Shown one piece after another: positions 30,720 to 46,796 of a stretch of DNA of 64,000 nt. Under the pieces are notes generated by a model that was given only the letters and a program-made list of their open reading frames with translations, was not told the DNA's origin and did no database searches. The stretch comes from Bugula neritina. Lineage: Eukaryota; Animalia; Bryozoa. The first letter of the stretch is position 1; each line of letters starts with the position of its first letter. The stretch lies in contig CAXIUT010000183.1 in the NCBI GenBank assembly GCA_964035545.1, forward strand, positions 1,178,001 through 1,242,000, in the 5' to 3' direction. A program made the translations under genes and the position numbers.

Positions 30720-33700
30720 AAATATACTGTAACACACCGAAATATACTGCAACATACTGAAATACACTGTAACATACTGAAATACACTGCTACATACTGA
30801 AATATACTGCAACATACTGCAACATACTGAAATACACAGTAACATACTGAAATAAACTGCAACATACTACAACATATTGAAATACACTGCAACACATTGA
30901 AATATACTGCAACATACCTAAATATACGGTAATATACTGAAATTCACTGTAACGCATTGCAAAATACTGCAACATACTGAAATTCACTGCGACACACTGA
31001 AATACGCTGCAAAATACTACAACATACTGAAATAAACTGTAACATGTTGAAATACACTGCAACACATTGAAAAATACTGCAACATACTGAAATATACTGT
31101 AACACACTGAAATATACTGCAACATACTGAAATACACTGTAACATACTGAAATATACTGCAACATACTGAAATACACTGCTTCATACTGAAATATACTGC
31201 AACATACTGCAACATACTGCAATACACTGTAAAATACTGAAATACACTGCAACATACTACAACATATTGAAATACACTGCAACACATTGAAATACACTGC
31301 AACTTATCGAATATATGGAAAACTACTGAAATATACTGTAACGCATTGAAAAAGACTGCAACATACTGAAATATATTGCGACACATTGCAATATACTGTA
31401 ACATACTGAAATATGCTCTAGCACACTGAAATATACTGCAATTCGCTGAAATATACTGCAACATACTGAAATACACCGCAACATCCTACAACATACTAAA
31501 ATACACTGTAACATTTCGAAATACACTGCAACACAATGAATTATACTGCAACATAACGAAATATATGGTAAACTACTGAAATATATTTTAACAAATTGAA
31601 AAATACTGCAACATACTGAAATATACTGTAACACACTGAAGTATACTGCAACATACTGAAATACACTGTAACATACTGAAATATACTGCAACATACTGAA
31701 ATACACTGCTACATACTGAAATATACTGCAACGTACTGCAACATACTGCAGCATACTGAAATACACTGTAACATACTGAAATACACTGCAACATACTACC
31801 ACATATTGAAATACACTGCAACACATTGAAATGTACTGCAACATACCGAAATATATGGAAAACTACTGAAATATACTGTAACGCATTGAAAAAGACTGCA
31901 ACATACTGAAATATATTGCGACACATTGCAATATACTGTAATATACTGAAAAATGCTGTATCACACTGAAATATACTGCAATTCGCTGAAATATACTGCA
32001 ACATACTGAAATACACCGCAACATCCTACAACATACTAAAATACACTGTAACATTTCGAAATACACTGCAACACATTGAATTATACTGCAACATAACGAA
32101 ATATATGGTAAACTACTGAAATATATTTTAACAAATTGAAAAATACTGCAACATACTGAATATACTGTAACACACTGAAGTATACTGCAACATACTGAAA
32201 TACACTGTAACATACTGAAATATACTGCAACATACTGAAATACACTGCTACATACTGAAATATACTGCAACGTACTGCAACATACTGCAGCATACTGAAA
32301 TACACTGTAACATACTGAAATACACTGCAACATACTACCACATATTGAAATACACTGCAACACATTGAAATGTACTGCAACATACCGAAATATATGGTAA
32401 ACTACTAAAATATACTGTAACACATTGAAAAATACTGCAACATACTGAAATATACTGCGACACCTAGCAATATACTGTAACATACTGAAATATGCTCTAA
32501 CACACTGAAATACAATGCAACTTACTGAAATATACTGCAACATACTGAAATACACTGCAACATCCTACAATATGCTGAAATACACAGTAACATATTGAAA
32601 TACACTGCAACACTTTGAAATATACTGCAACATACCGAAGTATATGGTAAACTACTGCAACATACTACAACATACTGAAATACACTGCAACACATTGAAA
32701 TATACTGCGACATAACTAAATATACGGTAATATACTGAAATATACTGTAACACATTGAAAAATACTGCAACATACTGAAATATACTGTAACACACCGAAA
32801 TATACTGCAACATACTGAAATACACTGTAACATACTGAAATACACTGCTACATACTGAAATATACTGCAACATACTGCAACATACTGAAATACACAGTAA
32901 CATACTGAAATAAACTGCAACATACTACAACATATTGAAATACACTGCAACACATTGAAATATACTGCAACATACCTAAATATACGGTAATATACTGAAA
33001 TTCACTGTAACGCATTGCAAAATACTGCAACATACTGAAATTCACTGCGACACACTGAAATACGCTGCAAAATACTACAACATACTGAAATAAACTGTAA
33101 CATGTTGAAATACACTGCAACACATTGAAAAATACTGCAACATACTGAAATATACTGTAACACACTGAAATATACTGCAACATACTGAAATACACTGTAA
33201 CATACTGAAATATACTGCAACATACTGAAATACACTGCTACATACTGAAATATACCGCAACATACTGCAACATACTGCAATACACTGTAAAATACTGAAA
33301 TACACTGCAACATACTACTACAACATATTGAAATACACTGCAACACATTGAAATACACTGCAACTTACCGAATATATGGTAAACTACTGAAATATACTGC
33401 AACGCATTGAAAAGTACTGCAACATACTGAAATATACTGTAACACACTGAAATATACTGCAACATACTGAAATACACTGTAACATACTGAAATATACTGC
33501 AACATACTGAAATACACTGCTACATACTGAAATATACTGCAACGTACTGCAACATACTGCAGCATACTGAAATACACTGTAACATACTGAAATACACTGC
33601 AACATACTACCACATATTGAAATACACTGCAACACATTGAAATGTACTGCAACATACCGAAATATATGGTAAACTACTAAAATATACTGTAACACATTGA

Positions 33701-36700
33701 AAAATACTGCAACATACTGAAATATACTGCGACACCTAGCAATATACTGTAACATACTGAAATATGCTCTAGCACACTGAAATACAATGCAACTTACTGA
33801 AATATACTGCAACATACTGAAATACACTGCAACATCCTACAATATGCTGAAATACACAGTAACACATTGAAATACACTGCAACACTTTGAAATATACTGC
33901 AACATACCGAAATATATGGTAAACTACTGCAACATACTACAACATACTGAAATACACTGCAACACATTGAAATATACTGCGACATACCTAAATATACGGT
34001 AATATACTGAAATATACTGTAACACATTGAAAAATACTGCAACATACTGAAATATACTGTAACACACCGAAATATACTGCAACATACTGAAATACACTGT
34101 AACATACTGAAATACACTGCTACATACTGAAATATACTGCAACATACTGCAACATACTGAAATACACAGTAACATACTGAAATAAACTGCAACATACTAC
34201 AACATATTGAAATACACTGCAACACATTGAAATATACTGCAACATACCTAAATATACGGTAATATACTGAAATTCACTGTAACGCATTGCAAAAGACTGC
34301 AACATACTGAAATTCACTGCGACACACTGAAATACGCTGCAAAATACTACAACATACTGAAATAAACTGTAACATGTTGAAATACACTGCAACACATTGA
34401 AAAATACTGCAACATACTGAAATATACTGTAACACACTGAAATATACTGCAACATACTGAAATACACTGTAACATACTGAAATATACTGCAACATACTGA
34501 AATACACTGCTTCATACTGAAATATACTGCAACATACTGCAACATACTGCAATACACTGTAAAATACTGAAATACACTGCAACATACTACAACATATTGA
34601 AATACACTGCAACACATTGAAATACACTGCAACTTATCGAATATATGGAAAACTACTGAAATATACTGTAACGCATTGAAAAAGACTGCAACATACTGAA
34701 ATATATTGCGACACATTGCAATATACTGTAATATACTGAAAAATGCTGTATCACACTGAAATATACTGCAATTCGCTGAAATATGCTGCAACATACTGAA
34801 ATACACCGCAACATCCTACAACATACTAAAATACACTGTAACATTTCGAAATACACTGCAACACATTGAATTATACTGCAACATAACGAAATATATGGTA
34901 AACTACTGAAATATATTTTAACAAATTGAAAAATACTGCAACATACTGAAATATACTGTAACACACTGAAGTATACTGCAACATACTGAAATACACTGTA
35001 ACATACTGAAATATACTGCAACATACTGAAATACACTGCTACATACTGAAATATACTGCAACGTACTGCAACATACTGCAGCATACTGAAATACACTGTA
35101 ACATACTGAAATACACTGCAACATACTACCACATATTGAAATACACTGCAACACATTGAAATGTACTGCAACATACCGAAATATATGGAAAACTACTGAA
35201 ATATACTGTAACGCATTGAAAAAGACTGCAACATACTGAAATATATTGCGACACATTGCAATATACTGTAATATACTGAAAAATGCTGTATCACACTGAA
35301 ATATACTGCAATTCGCTGAAATATACTGCAACATACTGAAATACACCGCAACATCCTACAACATACTAAAATACACTGTAACATTTCGAAATACACTGCA
35401 ACACATTGAATTATACTGCAACATAACGAAATATATGGTAAACTACTGAAATATATTTTAACAAATTGAAAAATACTGCAACATACTGAATATACTGTAA
35501 CACACTGAAGTATACTGCAACATACTGAAATACACTGTAACATACTGAAATATACTGCAACATACTGAAATACACTGCTACATACTGAAATATACTGCAA
35601 CGTACTGCAACATACTGCAGCATACTGAAATACACTGTAACATACTGAAATACACTGCAACATACTACCACATATTGAAATACACTGCAACACATTGAAA
35701 TGTACTGCAACATACCGAAATATATGGTAAACTACTAAAATATACTGTAACACATTGAAAAATACTGCAACATACTGAAATATACTGCGACACCTAGCAA
35801 TATACTGTAACATACTGAAATATGCTCTAGCACACTGAAATACAATGCAACTTACTGAAATATACTGCAACATACTGAAATACACTGCAACATCCTACAA
35901 TATGCTGAAATACACAGTAACATATTGAAATACACTGCAACACTTTGAAATATACTGCAACATACCGAAATATATGGTAAACTACTGCAACATACTACAA
36001 CATACTGAAATACACTGCAACACATTGAAATATACTGCGACATACCTAAATATACGGTAATATACTGAAATATACTGTAAAACATTGAAAAACACTGCAA
36101 CATACTGAAATATACTGTAACACATCGAAATATACTGCAACATACTGAAATACACTGTAACATACTGAAATACACTGCTACATACTGAAATATACTGCAA
36201 CATACTGCAACATACTGAAATACACAGTAACATACTGAAATAAACTGCAACATACTACAACATATTGAAATACACTGCAACACATTGAAATATACTGCAA
36301 CATACCTAAATATACGGTAATATACTGAAATTCACTGTAACGCATTGCAAAATACTGCAACATACTGAAATTCACTGCGACACACTGAAATACGCTGCAA
36401 AATACTACAACATACTGAAATAAACTGTAACATGTTGAAATACACTGCAACACATTGAAAAATACTGCAACATACTGAAATATACTGTAACACACTGAAA
36501 TATACTGCAACATACTGAAATACACTGTAACATACTGAAATATACTGCAACATACTGAAATACACTGCTACATACTGAAATATACTGCAACATACTGCAA
36601 CATACTGCAATACACTGTAAAATACTGAAATACACTGCAACATACTACAACATATTGAAATACACTGCAACACATTGAAATACACTGCAACTTATCGAAT

Positions 36701-39700
36701 ATATGGAAAACTACTGAAATATACTGTAACGCATTGAAAAAGACTGCAACATACTGAAATATATTGCGACACATTGCAATATACTGTAATATACTGAAAA
36801 ATGCTGTATCACACTGAAATATACTGCAATTCGCTGAAATATACTGCAACATACTGAAATACACCGCAACATCCTACAACATACTAAAATACACTGTAAC
36901 ATTTCGAAATACACTGCAACACATTGAATTATACTGCAACATAACGAAATATATGGTAAACTACTGAAATATATTTTAACAAATTGAAAAATACTGCAAC
37001 ATACTGAATATACTGTAACACACTGAAGTATACTGCAACATACTGAAATACACTGTAACATACTGAAATATACTGCAACATACTGAAATACACTGCTACA
37101 TACTGAAATATACTGCAACGTACTGCAACATACTGCAGCATACTGAAATACACTGTAACATACTGAAATACACTGCAACATACTACCACATATTGAAATA
37201 CACTGCAACACATTGAAATGTACTGCAACATACCGAAATATATGGTAAACTACTAAAATATACTGTAACACATTGAAAAATACTGCAACATACTGAAATA
37301 TACTGCGACACCTAGCAATATACTGTAACATACTGAAATATGCTCTAGCACACTGAAATACAATGCAACTTACTGAAATATACTGCAACATACTGAAATA
37401 CACTGCAACATCCTACAATATGCTGAAATACACAGTAACATATTGAAATACACTGCAACACTTTGAAATATACTGCAACATACCGAAGTATATGGTAAAC
37501 TACTGCAACATACTACAACATACTGAAATACACTGCAACACATTGAAATATACTGCGACATACCTAAATATACGGTAATATACTGAAATATACTGTAACA
37601 CATTGAAAAATACTGCAACATACTGAAATATACTGTAACACACCGAAATATACTGCAACATACTGAAATACACTGTAACATACTGAAATACACTGCTACA
37701 TACTGAAATATACTGCAACATACTGCAACATACTGAAATACACAGTAACATACTGAAATAAACTGCAACATACTACAACATATTGAAATACACTGCAACA
37801 CATTGAAATATACTGCAACATACCTAAATATACGGTAATATACTGAAATTCACTGTAACGCATTGCAAAATACTGCAACATACTGAAATTCACTGCGACA
37901 CACTGAAATACGCTGCAAAATACTACAACATACTGAAATAAACTGTAACATGTTGAAATACACTGCAACACATTGAAAAATGCTGCAACATACTGAAATA
38001 TACTGTAACACACTGAAATATACTGCAACATACTGAAATACACTGTAACATACTGAAATATACTGCAACATACTGAAATACACTGCTACATACTGAAATA
38101 TACCGCAACATACTGCAACATACTGCAATACACTGTAAAATACTGAAATACACTGCAACATACTACTACAACATATTGAAATACACTGCAACACATTGAA
38201 ATACACTGCAACTTACCGAATATATGGTAAACTACTGAAATATACTGTAACGCATTGAAAAGTACTGCAACATACTGAAATATACTGTAACACACTGAAA
38301 TATACTGCAACATACTGAAATACACTGTAACATACTGAAATATACTGCAACATACTGAAATACACTGCTACATACTGAAATATACTGCAACGTACTGCAA
38401 CATACTGCAGCATACTGAAATACACTGTAACATACTGAAATACACTGCAACATACTACCACATATTGAAATACACTGCAACACATTGAAATGTACTGCAA
38501 CATACCGAAATATATGGTAAACTACTAAAATATACTGTAACACATTGAAAAATACTGCAACATACTGAAATATACTGCGACACCTAGCAATATACTGTAA
38601 CATACTGAAATATGCTCTAGCACACTGAAATACAATGCAACTTACTGAAATATACTGCAACATACTGAAATACACTGCAACATCCTACAATATGCTGAAA
38701 TACACAGTAACATATTGAAATACACTGCAACACTTTGAAATATACTGCAACATACCGAAATATATGGTAAACTACTGCAACATACTACAACATACTGAAA
38801 TACACTGCAACACATTGAAATATACTGCGACATACCTAAATATACGGTAATATACTGAAATATACTGTAACACATTGAAAAATACTGCAACATACTGAAA
38901 TATACTGTAACACACCGAAATATACTGCAACATACTGAAATACACTGTAACATACTGAAATACACTGCTACATACTGAAATATACTGCAACATACTGCAA
39001 CATACTGAAATACACAGTAACATACTGAAATAAACTGCAACATACTACAACATATTGAAATACACTGCAACACATTGAAATATACTGCAACATACCTAAA
39101 TATACGGTAATATACTGAAATTCACTGTAACGCATTGCAAAATACTGCAACATACTGAAATTCACTGCGACACACTGAAATACGCTGCAAAATACTACAA
39201 CATACTGAAATAAACTGTAACATGTTGAAATACACTGCAACACATTGAAAAATACTGCAACATACTGAAATATACTGTAACACACTGAAATATACTGCAA
39301 CATACTGAAATACACTGTAACATACTGAAATATACTGCAACATACTGAAATACACTGCTTCATACTGAAATATACTGCAACATACTGCAACATACTGCAA
39401 TACACTGTAAAATACTGAAATACACTGCAACATACTACAACATATTGAAATACACTGCAACACATTGAAATACACTGCAACTTATCGAATATATGGAAAA
39501 CTACTGAAATATACTGTAACGCATTGAAAAAGACTGCAACATACTGAAATATATTGCGACACATTGCAATATACTGTAATATACTGAAAAATGCTGTATC
39601 ACACTGAAATATACTGCAATTCGCTGAAATATACTGCAACATACTGAAATACACCGCAACATCCTACAACATACTAAAATACACTGTAACATTTCGAAAT

Positions 39701-42700
39701 ACACTGCAACACATTGAATTATACTGCAACATAACGAAATATATGGTAAACTACTGAAATATATTTTAACAAATTGAAAAATACTGCAACATACTGAAAT
39801 ATACTGTAACACACTGAAGTATACTGCAACATACTGAAATACACTGTAACATACTGAAATATACTGCAACATACTGCAACATACTGAAATACACAGTAAC
39901 ATACTGAAATAAACTGCAAAATACTACAACATATTGAAATACACTGCAACACATTGAAATATACTGCAACATACCTAAATATACGGTAATATACTGAAAT
40001 TCACTGTAACGCATTGCAAAATACTGCAACATACTGAAATTCACTGCGACACACTGAAATACGCTGCAAAATACTACAACATACTGAAATAAACTGTAAC
40101 ATGTTGAAATACACTGCAACACATTGAAAAATACTGCAACATACTGAAATATACTGTAACACACTGAAATATACTGCAACATACTGAAATACACTGTAAC
40201 ATACTGAAATATACTGCAACATACTGAAATACACTGCTACATACTGAAATATACTGCAACATACTGCAACATACTGCAATACACTGTAAAATACTGAAAT
40301 ACACTGCAACATACTACAACATATTGAAATACACTGCAACACATTGAAATACACTGCAACTTATCGAATATATGGAAAACTACTGAAATATACTGTAACG
40401 CATTGAAAAAGACTGCAACATACTGAAATATATTGCGACACATTGCAATATACTGTAATATACTGAAAAATGCTGTATCACACTGAAATATACTGCAATT
40501 CGCTGAAATATACTGCAACATACTGAAATACACCGCAACATCCTACAACATACTAAAATACACTGTAACATTTCGAAATACACTGCAACACATTGAATTA
40601 TACTGCAACATAACGAAATATATGGTAGACTACTGAAATATATTTTAACAAATTGAAAAATACTGCAACATACTGAATATACTGTAACACACTGAAGTAT
40701 ACTGCAACATACTGAAATACACTGTAACATACTGAAATATACTGCAACATACTGAAATACACTGCTACATACTGAAATATACTGCAACGTACTGCAACAT
40801 ACTGCAGCATACTGAAATACACTGTAACATACTGAAATACACTGCAACATACTACCACATATTGAAATACACTGCAACACATTGAAATGTACTGCAACAT
40901 ACCGAAATATATGGTAAACTACTAAAATATACTGTAACACATTGAAAAATACTGCAACATACTGAAATATACTGCGACACCTAGCAATATACTGTAACAT
41001 ACTGAAATATGCTCTAGCACACTGAAATACAATGCAACTTACTGAAATATACTGCAACATACTGAAATACACTGCAACATCCTACAATATGCTGAAATAC
41101 ACAGTAACATATTGAAATACACTGCAACACTTTGAAATATACTGCAACATACCGAAGTATATGGTAAACTACTGCAACATACTACAACATACTGAAATAC
41201 ACTGCAACACATTGAAATATACTGCGACATACCTAAATATACGGTAATATACTGAAATATACTGTAACACATTGAAAAATACTGCAACATACTGAAATAT
41301 ACTGTAACACACCGAAATATACTGCAACATACTGAAATACACTGTAACATACTGAAATACACTGCTACATACTGAAATATACTGCAACATACTGCAACAT
41401 ACTGAAATACACAGTAACATACTGAAATAAACTGCAACATACTACAACATATTGAAATACACTGCAACACATTGAAATATACTGCAACATACCTAAATAT
41501 ACGGTAATATACTGAAATTCACTGTAACGCATTGCAAAATACTGCAACATACTGAAATTCACTGCGACACACTGAAATACGCTGCAAAATACTACAACAT
41601 ACTGAAATAAACTGTAACATGTTGAAATACACTGCAACACATTGAAAAATACTGCAACATACTGAAATATACTGTAACACACTGAAATATACTGCAACAT
41701 ACTGAAATACACTGTAACATACTGAAATATACTGCAACATACTGAAATACACTGCTACATACTGAAATATACCGCAACATACTGCAACATACTGCAATAC
41801 ACTGTAAAATACTGAAATACACTGCAACATACTACTACAACATATTGAAATACACTGCAACACATTGAAATACACTGCAACTTACCGAATATATGGTAAA
41901 CTACTGAAATATACTGTAACGCATTGAAAAGTACTGCAACATACTGAAATATACTGTAACACACTGAAATATACTGCAACATACTGAAATACACTGTAAC
42001 ATACTGAAATATACTGCAACATACTGAAATACACTGCTACATACTGAAATATACTGCAACGTACTGCAACATACTGCAGCATACTGAAATACACTGTAAC
42101 ATACTGAAATACACTGCAACATACTACCACATATTGAAATACACTGCAACACATTGAAATGTACTGCAACATACCGAAATATATGGTAAACTACTAAAAT
42201 ATACTGTAACACATTGAAAAATACTGCAACATACTGAAATATACTGCGACACCTAGCAATATACTGTAACATACTGAAATATGCTCTAGCACACTGAAAT
42301 ACAATGCAACTTACTGAAATATACTGCAACATACTGAAATACACTGCAACATCCTACAATATGCTGAAATACACAGTAACATATTGAAATACACTGCAAC
42401 ACTTTGAAATATACTGCAACATACCGAAATATATGGTAAACTACTGCAACATACTACAACATACTGAAATACACTGCAACACATTGAAATATACTGCGAC
42501 ATACCTAAATATACGGTAATATACTGAAATATACTGTAACACATTGAAAAATACTGCAACATACTGAAATATACTGTAACACACCGAAATATACTGCAAC
42601 ATACTGAAATACACTGTAACATACTGAAATACACTGCTACATACTGAAATATACTGCAACATACTGCAACATACTGAAATACACAGTAACATACTGAAAT

Positions 42701-42985
42701 AAACTGCAACATACTACAACATATTGAAATACACTGCAACACATTGAAATATACTGCAACATACCTAAATATACGGTAATATACTGAAATTCACTGTAAC
42801 GCATTGCAAAATACTGCAACATACTGAAATTCACTGCGACACACTGAAATACGCTGCAAAATACTACAACATACTGAAATAAACTGTAACATGTTGAAAT
42901 ACACTGCAACACATTGAAAAATACTGCAACATACTGAAATATACTGTAACACACTGAAATATACTGCAACATACTGAAATACACT
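30720..42985. repeat. ~12.3-kb segmental duplicate of ~8750-21020 (offset 21,967)
   Basis: Every landmark shifts by 21,967 (10555/32522, 13885/35852, 16675/38642, 20344/42311), and rare SNPs are shared at 11891/33858, 12321/34288, 12811/34778 and 16011/37978. Confidence 0.88.
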
Positions 42986-45900
42986 GTAACATACTGAAAT
43001 ATACTGCAACATACTGAAATACACTGCTTCATACTGAAATATACTGCAACATACTGCAACATACTGCAATACACTGTAAAATACTGAAATACACTGCAAC
43101 ATACTACAACATATTGAAATACACTGCAACACATTGAAATACACTGCAACTTATCGAATATATGGAAAACTACTGAAATATACTGTAACGCATTGAAAAA
43201 GACTGCAACATACTGAAATATATTGCGACACATTGCAATATACTGTAATATACTGAAAAATGCTGTATCACACTGAAATATACTGCAATTCGCTGAAATA
43301 TACTGCAACATACTGAAATACACCGCAACATCCTACAACATACTAAAATACACTGTAACATTTCGAAATACACTGCAACACATTGAATTATACTGCAACA
43401 TAACGAAATATATGGTAAACTACTGAAATATATTTTAACAAATTGAAAAATACTGCAACATACTGAAATATACTGTAACACACTGAAGTATACTGCAACA
43501 TACTGAAATACACTGTAACATACTGAAATATACTGCAACATACTGAAATACACTGCTACATACTGAAATATACTGCAACGTACTGCAACATACTGCAGCA
43601 TACTGAAATACACTGTAACATACTGAAATACACTGCAACATACTACCACATATTGAAATACACTGCAACACATTGAAATGTACTGCAACATACCGAAATA
43701 TATGGAAAACTACTGAAATATACTGTAACGCATTGAAAAAGACTGCAACATACTGAAATATATTGCGACACATTGCAATATACTGTAATATACTGAAAAA
43801 TGCTGTATCACACTGAAATATACTGCAATTCGCTGAAATATACTGCAACATACTGAAATACACCGCAACATCCTACAACATACTAAAATACACTGTAACA
43901 TTTCGAAATACACTGCAACACATTGAATTATACTGCAACATAACGAAATATATGGTAAACTACTGAAATATATTTTAACAAATTGAAAAATACTGCAACA
44001 TACTGAATATACTGTAACACACTGAAGTATACTGCAACATACTGAAATACACTGTAACATACTGAAATATACTGCAACATACTGAAATACACTGCTACAT
44101 ACTGAAATATACTGCAACGTACTGCAACATACTGCAGCATACTGAAATACACTGTAACCTACTGAAATACACTGCAACATACTACCACATATTGAAATAC
44201 ACTGCAACACATTGAAATGTACTGCAACATACCGAAATATATGGTAAACTACTAAAATATACTGTAACACATTGAAAAATACTGCAACATACTGAAATAT
44301 ACTGCGACACCTAGCAATATACTGTAACATACTGAAATATGCTCTAGCACACTGAAATACAATGCAACTTACTGAAATATACTGCAACATACTGAAATAC
44401 ACTGCAACATCCTACAATATGCTGAAATACACAGTAACATATTGAAATACACTGCAACACTTTGAAATATACTGCAACATACCGAAGTATATGGTAAACT
44501 ACTGCAACATACTACAACATACTGAAATACACTGCAACACATTGAAATATACTGCGACATACCTAAATATACGGTAATATACTGAAATATACTGTAACAC
44601 GTTGAAAAATACTGCAACATACTGAAATATACTGTAACACACCGAAATATACTGCAACATACTGAAATACACTGTAACATACTGAAATACACTGCTACAT
44701 ACTGAAATATACTGCAACATACTGCAACATACTGAAATACACAGTAACATACTGAAATAAACTGCAACATACTACAACATATTGAAATACACTGCAACAC
44801 ATTGAAATATACTGCAACATACCTAAATATACGGTAATATACTGAAATTCACTGTAACGCATTGCAAAATACTGCAACATACTGAAATTCACTGCGACAC
44901 ACTGAAATACGCTGCAAAATACTACAACATACTGAAATAAACTGTAACATGTTGAAATACACTGCTACACATTGAAAAATACTGCAACATACTGAAATAT
45001 ACTGTAACACACTGAAATATACTGCAACATACTGAAATACACTGTAACATACTGAAATATACTGCAACATACTGAAATACACTGCTACATACTGAAATAT
45101 ACCGCAACATACTGCAACATACTGCAATACACTGTAAAATACTGAAATACACTGCAACATACTACTACAACATATTGAAATACACTGCAACACATTGAAA
45201 TACACTGCAACTTACCGAATATATGGTAAACTACTGAAATATACTGTAACGCATTGAAAAGTACTGCAACATACTGAAATATACTGTAACACACTGAAAT
45301 ATACTGCAACATACTGAAATACACTGTAACATACTGAAATATACTGCAACATACTGAAATACACTGCTACATACTGAAATATACTGCAACGTACTGCAAC
45401 ATACTGCAGCATACTGAAATACACTGTAACATACTGAAATACACTGCAACATACTACCACATATTGAAATACACTGCAACACATTGAAATGCACTGCAAC
45501 ATACCGAAATATATGGTAAACTACTAAAATATACTGTAACACATTGAAAAATACTGCAACATACTGAAATATACTGCGACACCTAGCAATATACTGTAAC
45601 ATACTGAAATATGCTCTAGCACACTGAAATACAATGCAACTTACTGAAATATACTGCAACATACTGAAATACACTGCAACATCCTACAATATGCTGAAAT
45701 ACACAGTAACATATTGAAATACACTGCAACACTTTGAAATATACTGCAACATACCGAAGTATATGGTAAACTACTGCAACATACTACAACATACTGAAAT
45801 ACACTGCAACACATTGAAATATACTGCGACATACCTAAATATACGGTAATATACTGAAATATACTGTAACACATTGAAAAATACTGCAACATACTGAAAT

Positions 45901-46796
45901 ATACTGTAACACACCGAAATATACTGCAACATACTGAAATACACTGTAACATACTGAAATACACCGCTACATACTGAAATATACTGCAACATACTGCAAC
46001 ATACTGAAATACACAGTAACATACTGAAATAAACTGCAACATACTACAACATATTGAAATACACTGCAACACATTGAAATATACTGCAACATACCTAAAT
46101 ATACGGTAATATACTGAAATTCACTGTAACGCATTGCAAAATACTGCAACATACTGAAATTCACTGCGACACACTGAAATACGCTGCAAAATACTACAAC
46201 ATACTGAAATAAACTGTAACATGTTGAAGTACACTGCAACACATTGAAAAATACTGCAACATACTGAAATATACTGTAACACACTGAAATATACTGCAAC
46301 ATACTGAAATACACTGTAACATACTGAAATATACTGCAACATACTGAAATACACTGCTACATACTGAAATATACCGCAACATACTGCAACATACTGCAAT
46401 ACACTGTAAAATACTGAAATACACTGCAACATACTACTACAACATATTGAAATACACTGCAACACATTGAAATACACTGCAACTTACCGAATATATGGTA
46501 AACTACTGAAATATACTGTAACGCATTGAAAAGTACTGCAACATACTGAAATATACTGTAACACACTGAAATATACTGCAACATACTGAAATACACTGTA
46601 ACATACTGAAATATACTGCAACATACTGAAATACACTGCTACATACTGAAATATACTGCAACGTACTGCAACATACTGCAGCATACTGAAATACACTGTA
46701 ACATACTGAAATACACTGCAACATACTACCACATATTGAAATACACTGCAACACATTGAAATGTACTGCAACATACCGAAATATATGATAAACTAC

